A stretch of 64,000 nt of DNA from Macrostomum lignano (lineage: Eukaryota): NCBI GenBank assembly GCA_002269645.1, contig NIVC01000720.1:1-64000 (forward strand), read 5' to 3'. Under the pieces are notes generated by a model. That model was not told the DNA's origin and made no database searches. It was given only the letters and a program-made list of their open reading frames with translations. Position numbers and translations under genes: made by a program. This document shows positions 24,168-37,507 of the stretch, in pieces (position 1 is the first letter of the stretch; each line of letters opens with the position of its first letter).

Positions 24168-26646
24168 TCAGTCCATCTTGATATTGGCATAGATGTAGCG
24201 AACGAACCGAAACGAGGCCGCAAACGACACGGCGCCCAGACTAAGAAAGAACACGTAGCACAGCAACAGGCTGTAGCCGAAGAACTGCACAGCCTGCACC
24301 GCGCCGGACATGCTGGCCCGCCAGAAATAATAGTACACCGAGTACGCCAGCACGAACAGCGAAGCCGAGCCGCCGCTGAATAGCGAGCGCCACCACCAGC
24401 GATAGTCTTCTGCTGACAGCTGGAAATAAGTGGTGGTGACGGACACGCAGGCCGTCACGAACAGCAGGATGACGTACACCAGAGTGAGAATGCCGTACAG
24501 AGAGTAGTGTTGCCGGCCCCACACGGTGGCGTACACATAGTACAGCTCTACAGACACGGCGCTGAATGACAGAAACCCGGAGATCAGGCAGTGCACAGGC
24601 CAGCTCTTGTAGCAGGGCAGGGGCGGGATCTCTCTAGCAATGTTCCTAGTGCGGCAGGGCGCGTCCAGCCCGGCTGGCACCCGCTTGCCGAACGAGCCGC
24701 CAACAATGGTGAGGGGGAAGCCCACCAGCAGCCACAGGCTCAGCAGCAGCAGCACTGTAGACCAGGGCAGGGCCTGGGTGGTGCCGTAGGCCCAGACCAC
24801 CGAGTTAACAACTGCCCACACCAAAAACAGCGGCACGGCAAACAGTGCCGACGTGATCAACACGTTGCGAACCCATCGCTCGCCGCCCAGCTGACGGAAC
24901 AGGCGGCAGGACACGAATCCGGCTACACCAGAGGTCAGCGCGTACAGCAGCACGCAGGCGGAGTTCATGCTGCCGTGGTTGTGCACGTTGAACAGTCCCA
25001 GCAGGGCCATGCCCAGCAGGCCAGTGACGATGGACAGGAACTGGGCGCCAACGCCAACCACAGCCGAGTAGAAGCACTTGTGCCCGGGCGGCCGGAACAC
25101 ATCGGCGTGCACAGACTTCCAGCCAAGATTGTCCTCGTCAAGGCTGGCGGCCTCGGCGGCGGTGGAGCCGACCGGACCCTCGTCGTCCAGATTGTAGCGA
25201 GCGAAATCGCGTCGCAGAATCCGGCAGAGGATGACGCTAACAAAGGCGATGAGCAGGGCCACGAGTACAAGGGAATTGATCACAGATAGCCAGTGAATCT
25301 CCAGGCTCTTGGGGAAGAATGACGTGTCCCTGATCAGCTGGGCGCGGTCCTCGAAGCTCACAGCCGATGGCACCCAGCTGACGGAGTAGGTGAAGCGGAG
25401 CGCCGGGCTGGCGGGGGTGATCTCGTCCAGGTCGACCTGCGGGGTGGGAATCGAAGTGTGGAATTATTATGGGAATTCCAGGTAATCTGCCATCGTCACC
25501 AGGTAATTGCCGAATTCCAATCTCAAAACTGACGAATCCCAGTCTCTCAAAACTGCCAAATTTCATATCTCAAAACTGCAAAATCTCTAATCTCAAAAAT
25601 TGCTGAATCCAAATATCAAAACTGCCGTATTCCAATCTCAAAACTGACGAATTCCAATCTCAAAACTGCCGAATTCCAATCTCTGCCGAATCACAGTCTC
25701 TCAAACGTGCCGTATCTTCATCTCAAAACCAGCAAATCCGGGTCCTAAAAACTCTAATTATAAAATTTTCAGCAGTTTTTAAATAACTTAGAAAAAACAT
25801 CAATCTAAAAAACTTACGCAGGCACCAATTCATACACACGCTCACCCAGGGTGTAAAGCGGCCCTGACTATCTAATCATCAGGCATGTACACTCTGTGTG
25901 CACTGGAGGCTGGCCCTCATGGCTGTGAATCGCCCCTGGGCCAATTTGCATGCACACGAGCCCCAAATGAATGCGGCCGACCGCGCGCGGAATCGAACCA
26001 GGGGTCTGGGCCGCGAGGGTCGGATGCGTCACCGCTGAGCAGCTCTGCCCCCCCCCCAAGACGGAAACAGAAACGAGGCGAATACCTTTCCAGAGGTAGC
26101 AACCGAAGCGTACACAATCCGATCATTCTTATAATAAAATTTGAAGTCCAGGTGAGTCCACAGATAAACCCGATGCGTGTGCGGCACCAGGCCGGCCTCT
26201 TCCAGGTGGCCGAGGAATCCTCTGACAGGGATGTCATCGACAACGAACTCAAAGTAGTACAGATCCTCAACGGCGCTGCGCAGGCGAGCCAGGTCAGACT
26301 CGGTTAAAGTCTTTGAGCACAGCAAAGTGTTGGTGGCAGGCAGGCTAAACTTCACATTGAACATGGACACCGCCATCCGATCTCCGTCGAGCAGCTCGCC
26401 AAGCGACATGGACTTGTGCACAATAGTATCTGGACGGCACACCGGCAATTCGTAATAGTGATAAGTTTCGTGAGGATTGTAATAGGGACCGACCTTGTTC
26501 ACGTAGATTGGAACAGGACTGCCGGAGCTGTAGTGGCCAGCTGAATGGGCTGTCTGGCAGAGAGCCAGGCACAGACCCAGAACAGTAAACAGTGGGACCA
26601 GCATTGTAGGGAGTAGTTGCATGCAGAAATTTGTACTAGACATCAT
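24168..26646 (-). CDS. TM9SF1: Transmembrane 9 superfamily member 1 (609 aa)
   Basis: join(26646..26086,25436..24168), phase 0. [54 protein letters not shown] and the C-terminal [12 protein letters not shown] are typical of TM9SF1. Confidence 0.95.
25840..26057 (-). mobile_element. tRNA-derived SINE in the TM9SF1 intron
   Basis: On the minus strand, box A-like GCTCAGCGGT (26040-26031) and box B GGTTCGATTCC (25999-25989) have tRNA-like spacing, followed by about 150 nt of non-tRNA body. Confidence 0.65.
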
Positions 26647-26799
26647 TTAAAATATTTAATGTGACACCTTGTGTCTCGATATTCAGTCTATTTATAGCAA
26701 TTTAAAAGCATGTTTTTTGAATATTTATTTCCTTTAGCATTCAAGCAGATTAAAGAAATTTTAACTGTCTTCTTTATCTTTCAAGACAATTTTGCATCT

Positions 26800-27618
<819 letters not shown>

Positions 27619-28931
27619 ACATACAAACCTTATAGATTATAGTATATTTGGATTTAGTATACTGTGATAGGATCATTCAATAACATTAAAGATCCAATAA
27701 TAGTTAGCTGCCTCAGAAGACTTAGAGACAATGCTAGGCTATAGAAAGTGCTATTATTAAGACCTATTAATGCCTTGAATTTATTAAAATCACTGTAATA
27801 CCAATAAGTAGAAGTAAGATAAAACCCTAATTTCAAAATCCTAGGGTCTAACAAAAGTCTAGAAATTTCAATCATACAATCATACCAAATAATATCTTTA
27901 AATAGATAGGCTTGGCATTAACTAAGTGTTCACTATAATATAATTGCAACACATTAATTAGATCATTGGTTTTAATACAAAGAAACCAAAATCAATTTTA
28001 TTAGGCCTAAGACTATAACATTAAAGTTAAAAATGAATATTATAGACTTTAAGAATCTTTAAGCAATAAATAAATAATATAAGCAATCCTATATACTAAT
28101 TTGGTCTTCCTACTGCCATTTAGTAAATTAATGGCTTCATTATCACATCTTATAGAACCATGAAGTATCTCTGTTTCAATGGTTAGACATGGTTTGATTC
28201 TAGAATTTACGCTTGAAGTTTTTATAACTAACAAATGCAAATGTTTTAATGTCAATAAGCTAAAATTAACTAAGCAATGGTATTTAAGTTAATATAAGTT
28301 TTAATCTACCTTAATTTTAGTTTATTATCTTATAAAAAGTGAAAGTAAAAAGCCTAGGCCCTAGCCTAGTAAAAGGTATAGAATTAATTATATTTGACTT
28401 TATATTATTAAAAGATATAAAAAATAAATATTTTTTGTTAAAAAACTTTGTTAAAATTAGTCTTAAATTTTGTTAGGTCTACCTATCTATACCTTGCTAT
28501 TGGTCTCAATGGTTTGCTACAAGCCTACAATTTTGTTAGCTAGATTGACTAGGGGCCTATAGGTTGATTATAATGCACAACCAAGGGTAGAGAATAGTCT
28601 CTCCTCTTACCTTATAAGGGGAGACTTGAAAAAATCTAGGGGGGGGGGGGGACCAAGCATATTTTCCCAAAAACAAAGCTACTTCTCTTTGCCCCTCAAG
28701 TCTTTACCTTCTTGCTTCTAGAACCTGTCCCCTCCTCAACAAATTTCTGGTTGCGCTACTGACATGTATATAATAATTATTGATATATAATTTGATTATT
28801 ACTAATATTGGATATAAAACTATTACTTATAGGCCTAACTTATATTTATTTTTAGGCCTTAATAAAGGCAAAGCTTTTAAAAATAATCAAATTTAAAAAA
28901 GTCAAATTGTTAAACAAGGAAATTAGACATG

Positions 28932-29191
28932 GGGCCTTTTCATATTGCTTGCTCTGGTTCCAGAACCAGAACCAATTTGTGAAGTATAACTTTTTGTCTC
29001 CATAACTAGAGGGAGATACGTACTATAAAGTTTTTATTATTGAATGACAATCGCCAAAAAGAAAGTGAAAAATTGTGCTAAGTTAGGTTGTTAAGGCAGT
29101 AAAATATTAACAGAGTTTAATAGTTATACTGCTGTTTTTCTTGGAATTCCGAACCGATTCTGGTTCTGGAATTGGTAATATGAAAAGGCCC
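28932..29191. mobile_element. 260-bp PIF/Harbinger-like MITE
   Basis: TIR gggccttttcatatt / aatatgaaaaggccc, with a 3-bp ATG duplicated on both flanks (28929-31, 29192-94) and internal ggttc/gaacc motifs. Confidence 0.75.
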
Positions 29192-31241
29192 ATGGCCATG
29201 GTATACTTTTGAAATAAATTATAATGTAAATTTACAAAACCCATTTGACAGGGTTGAGGATCGTGCAGTTAGTGTACGCCGGAATAAGAATCCTAGCTCA
29301 TCTAAATGTACGCCAGTGTACGCCAAAAACAAAAATCCTATGTCCTAAAAATGAAAATCTTTTCCCTAAAAATGTACGCCAAAAAATTCCTCCTAAAAAA
29401 GGTCATTCGGTTTATCACGAGTAGAGTTTTCTAAGAAAGGATTTCGTACGAAAGTCTTTTTAAGCCAAAACCTATCTTCAAGTTCAACCAGACACTAATC
29501 GATTATCATAACTCAAACTGAACTCAAAGCTTCATGCTCGAGAACTATTCCGGGTGAAGTCCTGCATGTCAATTTTCAGCGACAGAGAGCAAGCAGAAGT
29601 ACTCGAAATCGAATATCAATTTAATACACTGTGGAGATAGGAAGCACCAGTTTTTTGCAAATTGTAAAAAATCCTTTCAATCTGTAGCCGTAATTTTTTT
29701 AAGTTGGTCTATTTCGTGGTGACGTTTTTTTTGTAAAAAATCATGGCATTTGGTGCTTTAAAAGCAGAGTTTTTTGTTATTTCCGAAAATCAATCTTGAA
29801 TATCACTTGCTCAGGGATCGAATCCCTGCATCACATATACTTCTTTTAAAAGTTGGTACCCTTGGGCTTTTTAAAAAGTATAAAAACTAGGCCTGATTAA
29901 TGAAGTATTTCACTGTTTTTTTAGCTTATTTGTTGAGTTTTAAATCTTATACTCTTTTTTTAAATCCTGGAAATCTTAGAAATCAATATATCTATTATCT
30001 AGTTCTTGTCTAAACCCAAATTGAATATTTTAAACATAATATTTGTAAAATAAAATATTGGCTTAGCAATATTTATTTTTTAAGAACTATATATACAAAC
30101 AAAATAACATAGGCCTAAGATTAGAAAGCAAATAATGACTGTCACTGAAGGAATAGCAAATGTTACTAAAGGCCGTATAACCAAAGTTTAAACTATATTT
30201 AATTGCCTTTTTTCTATACTAGCACACCCCAGAAGACATCAAAAATGCCAAAATTTTCTAGCATGTATTTGGCTTAGTTCAAGCATTTTATGCAATTAGG
30301 TTTGATTGTTTGAATGTGTTTTCTAATATATATTTAATATTATCTAGAATATGGAGACTACATTTGATACCTACTTTCTATCTATAACTTATGCTTTCCA
30401 TGTGTGCCATGTACCTTGTATATACCCTGCTTCTTTTTTCTATGCAACATTTTCTATATGCATTTCCTATATGTTAGAGTCTGACCGAAGTCTTAATCTT
30501 GATCTTAAAAGTATAAAAATATTGTGAAGTGCCAAATAAAAAACAAATAAGTGCTAATTAATTGTCTAATGCATAATTAGCACTTTTTTGTTTGCTAGTG
30601 TATTGACAGCTTTTTCAATTAAAATATTTTAACATTGTAATTCTACAAAACAGAGTCAAATACAAATTTTATTATTAGTATTTTTTAAAGGGAAAATACA
30701 GATTTTTATATATGTGTTTTTTTGCAAAAAAAGCTCTAGCACATGGTGCAATCAAACTATTTTGATAGGATTTGTTCTAGCACAGGTATGCTATAATCCT
30801 GACTATGGCTCACCCAGTTAACTATTACAAACCTTTAACCTATTTATGTATCTTACAGTGGCATATAGTGGCACAGCTAGAGTTAGTGGCTTACTTTTGC
30901 ATATTTACTGCATATATTTATATATATTATTGTGATAGACATTTAAGCCTTTTCTTTTGTACTATTATCTATTTACTCATAATACAAACCAAATTTTATA
31001 TATATCTTATTATAAGTATAATTCTTCTTATACAAATTCACTTTTTCAGCTAGATTTTCAATTTTCAATTGACTTATTATTGATCTCAATCTTTTTTATA
31101 AAATTCTCACTTGATCTCGCTTGAAAACAAAATTTGATCTTGTTTGGACTCTATTATATGCCATTACCAAAGCCTATTTGCATCATATAAGCAAATGCCA
31201 TCTATGAAAATAGCCGTTGGCTACAATAAAAGGCTAATAGT

Positions 31242-31541
31242 CATACATGCGCAACAGTCGGCCGAGTTGGCCAATCTGGCTGACCAATTTGGTGGCCAAC
31301 CAACAAAGTCGCAAAAATGCCCACCAAAAAAAATACACCAAAGTAGTAGTACTAAGTAGATGATAAGGCATTTTGACCTAATAAGACATTCAAAGTTACT
31401 CCTGCCGTTTACCCAAAGTTGCGTTAATTTTGCTTTAGGGTTTTTTTACATGTAAGTTGTATTTTTGGCCAAAAACTACGTTGCATTTTTGTTAAAACTA
31501 AGTCGCATGGCCGACCAAATTTTGGAGGTTGCGCATGTATG
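31242..31541. mobile_element. 300-bp MITE with 14-bp TIRs
   Basis: catacatgcgcaac ... gttgcgcatgtatg; no clear TSD. Confidence 0.55.
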
Positions 31542-31658
31542 CTAATATTTCATTTATTTGACTGTTAAAGCATTTAGGTCTGCATTTATTCCAATTTGTT
31601 TCTTTACTCTCTTTCTAAGTTTCAAGAGTAAAATATTTTTCATGCTCTATAAGCAGTC

Positions 31659-32330
31659 ATGTCAGGCCAGCCCTCCCCAGCTGCCCCATCAGCAATGACA
31701 CTGGCCTATCACATTGGGGCAGACAGCCAGTCTCTAGTGCTAGAGTTCAACCGCTCTAACCTTAGCCTGGTTCGCCAGCTGCAATGTGTGCGCATGGCCT
31801 GTCACAGCTGCCCTGGCCGCGAGTTCGACAACTTCAACGATCTGTACACTCACCTGTGCGTCTGCCGGCGCGATGTGCAGCAGCAGCAGCTGCGCCAGCG
31901 TCGAATGTCAACAGCATCAGCTTCGTCTAATCATTCAGCAGAAGCTCTGCCCCTGCCGCCGCCGCCGCCTCAGCCAATCCAGCTGCCGCCGCCAATGCTA
32001 ATAAGCGATGCCGCCCCAGTTGAGCAAGTTAAAGAAGTTCAAGCTGGCGTACCTCTGCCGCACCCTATGCTGCTGATTGACAACGAGAACAACTTGGATT
32101 TATCCGTGCCGATGCCGCTGCCTGCTGGCGAATCTGCGGCTGTGCACAGTTTCCGCGGCACCAACTGGCCTCGAGGTTGTCGGAGTAGCCGCGGCGGCGG
32201 CGGTCTTGCCAAGACTGCCGGCCCAGGTTCGCGGCTGAGCAGCGGCGGTGGCGGCGGCATCCAGCGGAGTTCGTGGCCGTGCAAAAAAAGATTCAAGTCA
32301 GTCACCGAGCGCCTGGGTGGCTATCGATGA
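31659..32330 (+). CDS. Orphan 223-aa ORF with a C2HC-like zinc-finger motif and basic C-terminal NLS
   Basis: GC-rich ATG-initiated ORF in AT-rich surroundings. CHSC-x13-H-LCVC, then Gln/Pro/Gly-rich tracts and KKRFK. No family recognised. Confidence 0.6.
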   Translation: MSGQPSPAAPSAMTLAYHIGADSQSLVLEFNRSNLSLVRQLQCVRMACHSCPGREFDNFNDLYTHLCVCRRDVQQQQLRQRRMSTASASSNHSAEALPLPPPPPQPIQLPPPMLISDAAPVEQVKEVQAGVPLPHPMLLIDNENNLDLSVPMPLPAGESAAVHSFRGTNWPRGCRSSRGGGGLAKTAGPGSRLSSGGGGGIQRSSWPCKKRFKSVTERLGGYR

Positions 32331-32439
32331 TTCTCTGATTGTTTCCTGGCGCTGGCTTTAAGAGAAATGGAATTTCCTTCGAAACTTGAATTTGGAATAA
32401 CATTAGGAGTTCATTGCTATACTTCCTCTATTGGGAATC

Positions 32440-32705
32440 GACTTCTAATCTCACCCTAAGAATCCTCATCGAATCTCACCCTAAGAACCCCATCTAATCT
32501 CACCCTAAGAATCCCCAATCTAATCTCACCCTAAGAACCCCAATCTAATCTCACCCTAAGAATCCCCATCCAATCTCACACTAAGAATCCTAATCCAATC
32601 TCATTCTCCTAAGAATCCCCATCGAATCTCACCCTAATAACCCCAATCCAATCTTAACCTAAGAATCCCAATCCAATCTCACTCTAATAATCATCCAATC
32701 CACAG
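32440..32705. repeat. Degenerate ~26-bp tandem repeat (aatctcaccctaagaatcccc)
   Basis: Its reverse complement resembles the 15765-16860 satellite core (tagggtgagatt). Confidence 0.85.
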
Positions 32706-33199
32706 TCTCGAAATTGCATTACATTTGAACAAGCAACAAGCATGAGTTATTGTCTCTCTGTCAGTTATTATTTATCCCACTGCCATTTGCTGAGCTCACT
32801 TTACAATCTGTAATGACCAAACAGTCCACACTTCAAGCTACTAAGTTGCATTTGTTTGTTGGTGCAAAATTTCAAAGTCTCTTCCAATTTAAACACTATT
32901 TTTACTTCATATACATCTATTTTGTCATATGCTACACATGGCAGGCACAAATTTATCGAGTCTTTACTTACTAAAAAGTTAAAAATAGTTAAAATCTTAT
33001 CTAACCATGCATTTTTTAGTTTCAATAAGCTCCTCTTTATCTCGTTATATCTCTTTAGTTGTCTCTTATTAAATTTCTGTATTTTTCCTATACCTAGATA
33101 CACATCTACCATTGTAGCTCGTAAAACACGTTTTGAAAAAATAAAATCCGATTATATGTGAAATCTAAGTGTTTTTCATCTTTGTATTTTTTCTGGGGT

Positions 33200-33590
33200 G
33201 CGGTGGTCACATCCTGATCCCTTATTTGGTCACATCCTGGTCCCTTACTTTGTCACATCCTGATTCCTCATTTGGTCACATCCTGGTTCCTTACTTTGTC
33301 ACATCCTGATTCCTCATTTGGTCACATCCTGGTTCCTCATTCGGTCACATCCTGGTGCTTCATTTGGTCACATCCTGATCCCTCATTTGGTCACATCCTG
33401 ATCCCTCATTTGGTCACATCCTGATCCCTCATTTGGTCACATCCTGATCCCTCATTTGGTCACATCCTGATCCCTCATTTGGTCACATCCTGATCCCTCA
33501 TTTGGTCACATCCTGATCCCTCATTTGGTCACATCCTGGTCCCTCATTTGGGCACATCCTGATCCCTCACTTGGTCCCATGGTGGTCCCT
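33200..33590. repeat. 23-bp minisatellite (ggtcacatcctgatccctcattt)
   Basis: About 16 copies visible. Confidence 0.95.
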
Positions 33591-34180
33591 CGTATAATTT
33601 TTCATACAGGCGAACTATAGTTATTAAATTTGTTTGGTTGCTGGTTTCCTGTGGTACTATATGCACAAAATAATGAGAAATCTAGTCTCACGAAAGACTT
33701 TCAAGCGACATGTTTAATTATCAATGATTAAATCTTCAATTAAACGTCTGTCCTCTTACTGGCATCAGCACCAGGGGTCCAAATTGCACCATTAGCGTCA
33801 TTGTGTTTGAGTCTAGGCCAGCTAAATTGAGTATTTTGGCCTCCTGGCGGCGACCCATATGCTATTTGGCACCACTTGCTATTTGGTGCTGTTGCTTATC
33901 AGCCGTTGTTATCAATTAATTACATGTAGAGAGTTGCCAGGTAGGTAGGCAGAGGGGCAGTTCAGCGCATACTAGTGAATCAAGTTTGCCCCATTACCAT
34001 TTGCGTATAACTGCAATATCTAATCGAGAATGAGTCGCACCAAAGCGCTGATAAATCTACTCTTAAATATAGGTGTGACGGATGCGGAAGTTTCGTATAT
34101 AACTGAGTCGCAGAGGTTCTCAGACCGGTTGCTGTCTCATATTTTCTATGAATGTTTGTGCGCGTAGATTCCACTGGGCC

Positions 34181-36710
34181 ATGCAGCAGTACCAGTTCGT
34201 CTGCATTCTCTTAGCTCTGCTTGTCGGCTCGTGTCCAATACTCTGTCTAGGCAACGGCGACACCTGCGCCTGTTATTCTATTCAACGCTATTTGCCGCAG
34301 GTCAAGATGAACCAGACTGACCTGAGCTGCCTGTTGAGACAGCTGCGTCACGAACGCGAGGAACTGCGAAGCACTTTAGCTACGAATTCATTTTCTCCGA
34401 GCTTGAATTCCACGTCAACTTCTAGTCTGGAGAAGCAAGCGATCGCTCAAGGTCTGGAGTGCGACGTTCTAGTACAGAATAGTTGCATCTATAATGACGT
34501 GCCAGCCTGCTTTGTTGAATTTGTTTGTCAAATTGATCGCGTCAGGTGAGTTGGTTGTGGACTCTGCCAAACAGTGAGTGTGCAACCAGTTTCTAGACAG
34601 TGCAATCAGTTTCTAGTCATTGTGCAATCAGTTATAGACAGTGTGCAACCAGTTTCTAGACAGTGCAATCAGTTTCTAGTCATTGTGCAATCAGTTATAG
34701 ACAGTGTGCAACCAGTTTCTAGTCATTGCAATCAGTTTCTAGTCATTGTGCAATCAGTTATAGACAGTGTGCAACCAGTTTCTAGACAGTGCAATCAGTT
34801 TCTAGTCATTGTGCAATCAGTTATAGACAGTGTGCAACCAGTTTCTAGACAGTGCAATCAGTTTCTAGTCATTGTGCAATCAGTTATAGACAGTGTGCAA
34901 CCAGTTTCTAGACAGTGCAATCAGTTTCTAGTCATTGTGCAATCAGTTATAGACAGTGTGCAACCAGTTTCTAGACAGTGCAATCAGTTTCTAGTCATTG
35001 TGCAATCAGTTATAGACAGTGTGCAACCAGTTTCTAGTCATTGCAATCAGTTTCTAGTCATTGTGCAATCAGTTATAGACAGTGTGCAACCAGTTTCTAG
35101 ACAGTGCAATCAGTTTCTAGTCATTGTGCAATCAGTTATAGACAGTGTGCAACCAGTTTCTAGTCATTGCAATCAGTTTCTAGTCATTGTGCAATCAGTT
35201 ATAGACAGTGTGCAACCAGTTTCTAGACAGTGCAATCAGTTTCTAGTCATTGTGCAATCAGTTATAGACAGTGTGCAACCAGTTTCTAGTCATTGCAATC
35301 AGTTTCTAGTCATTGTGCAATCAGTTATAGACAGTGTGCAACCAGTTTCTAGACAGTGCAATCAGTTTCTAGTCATTGTGCAATCAGTTATAGACAGTGT
35401 GCAACCAGTTTCTAGACAGTGCAATCAGTTTCTAGTCATTGTGCAATCAGTTATAGACAGTGTGCAACAAGTTTCTAGTCATTGCAATCAGTTTCTAGTC
35501 ATTGTGCAATCAGTTATAGACAGTGTGCAACCAGTTTCTAGACAGTGCAATCAGTTTCTAGTCATTGTGCAATCAATTATAGACAGTGTGCAACCAGTTT
35601 CTAGACAGTGCAATCAGTTTCTAGTCATTGTGCAATCAGTTATAGACAGTGTGCAACCAGTTTCTAGACAGTGCAATCAGTTTCTAGTCATTGTGCAATC
35701 AGTTATAGACAGTGTGCAACCAGTTTCTAGACAGTGCAATCAGTTTCTAGTCATTGTGCAATCAGTTATAGACAGTGTGCAACCAGTTTCTAGACAGTGC
35801 AATCAGTTTCTAGTCATTGTGCAATCAGTTATAGACAGTGTGCAACCAGTTTCTAGTCATTGCAATCAGTTATAGACAGTGTGCATCAGCTTCTAGACTG
35901 TGTGCAACCAGTTTCTAGACAGTGTGCAATCAGTTTCTAGACTAGACAGTGTGCAACCAGTTTCTAGTCATTGTGCAATCAGTTATAGACAGTGTGCAAC
36001 CAGTTTCTAGTCATTGCAATCAGTTTCTAGTCATTGTGCAATCAGTTATAGACAGTGTGCAACCAGTTTCTAGACAGTGCAATCAGTTTCTAGTCATTGT
36101 GCAATCAGTTATAGACAGTGTGCAACCAGTTTCTAGTCATTGCAATCAGTTTCTAGTCATTGTGCAATCAGTTATAGACAGTGTGCAACCAGTTTCTAGT
36201 CATTGCAATCAGTTATAGACAGTGTGCATCAGCTTCTAGACTGTGTGCAACCAGTTTCTAGACAGTGTGCAATCAGTTTCTAGACTAGACAGTGTGCAAC
36301 CAGTTTCTAGTCATTGTGCAACCAGTTTCTAGTCATTGTGCAACCAGTTTCTAGACAGTGTGCAACTGAGCCGATCCCTGATTGGTTGGGAGTGAGCAGA
36401 TCTCTGATTGGTTGGGAGTGAGCAGATCTCTGATTGGTTGGGAGTGAGCAGATCTCTGATTGGTTGGGAGTGAGCAGATACCTGATTGGTTGGGAGTGAG
36501 CAGATATCTGATTGGTTAGGAGTAAGCCGATCTCTGATCTCAGTCAGCTCTTCAACAGCCGGACTGCTCGCTGTGCCGCCCCATTTCAGTGGCTGCAACA
36601 CGCAGGCGTACAGTTACGCCGTGGTACTGCGCCGTTTCAACCAGGCCGGTCCCCTCAAGGCGGCGGTGCGCCACATCAGGATGGGCTGCAAGTACATACC
36701 CGACATATAG
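34181..36710 (+). CDS. Secreted Cys-containing protein, probably cystine-knot family (IL-17/Trunk/PTTH-like), ~175 aa
   Basis: join(34181..34545,36548..36710). Signal peptide MQQYQFVCILLALLVGSCPILCLG, strong GTGAGT donor, and a C-terminal pattern PACFVEFVC...CNTQAYSYAVVLRR...IRMGCKY. The acceptor choice is ambiguous (tandem AG at 36542-43 and 36546-47). Confidence 0.6.
34570..36365. repeat. 63-bp higher-order satellite (three ~21-bp subunits) filling the intron
   Basis: Subunits agacagtgtgcaaccagtttct / agacagtgcaatcagtttct / agtcattgtgcaatcagttat. It is followed by a 26-bp repeat (ctgattggttgggagtgagcagatct) at 36375-36530. Confidence 0.95.
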
Positions 36711-37507
36711 TCACAATAGTAGTCAGCTATAAGATCTTGAGTAACCCTCAACTGCATTGACTGCATGACAACAATACAATTTTTGGTTGAGTAAGGCATG
36801 ACTCTGAAAACCTAATTAACATTTTTTTATACCAAAATTTGTTGTTCGCTACTTACCCTCAATTTGAAAATCAAGTTCAAGTTTAACTGTTAGTGTTTTA
36901 ACTGCGAATGGCTTCTGTTATTTCAGACACATATTCGTAGCAATTACTTGAAATAAAATATACATTACAGACGGCACGCAACAAAATATTGACGCACAGC
37001 AAAGGGAAAAAGTAAAACAAATCACAGCTTGATACTGTAGTGTCATTCTAAAAAAATAACACAAATAACTTGTAATTGTCTCATTTTTTGCAAGTAAAGG
37101 ATTTAAACTATCTTAAATTTGAGGTGTTTACATCCACATGGAATGACCTAGAACCTGTGTTTTTGGGCCAATAGTAACTTTTGAAGGCCGATTGTTGCTA
37201 AATTATGTACTCTATCTTATATTGGTCATTTCTCGCTTCAATATTATCTAGTCGTCAACTTCTTACTTTCTGAAGATCATTTTAAACTTCTCTGTGCTTT
37301 TCGTCCAACGAGATTTATAATTAATTGAAAAAATTCCAATTTGGCTAATGAATATCTATTTGTACTTTTACTAGTAGTGCTCGTTGGTTAAGCCCAGTTG
37401 GGCGCGGTTAGTACGCCGGGTAAGGGCGAATATGCACATAAAGCCAATTTTTACACAGATTCGCGGGCTGTAAACAATCCTCGATTATAAACTTTAGTCG
37501 AATTCGA

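Noticed and set aside
25960-26057. tRNA gene
   Set aside because: Boxes A and B are present, but I could not build a full cloverleaf and the sequence continues into a SINE-like body.
29249-29828. CAGGG...CCCTG-bounded hAT-like element
   Set aside because: The TIR match is short and imperfect, and the 8-bp flanks do not form a TSD.
34574-36218. 433-aa and 89-aa repetitive ORFs
   Set aside because: They come from the 63-bp satellite lying between a strong GTGAGT donor and the next exon, so they are intronic.
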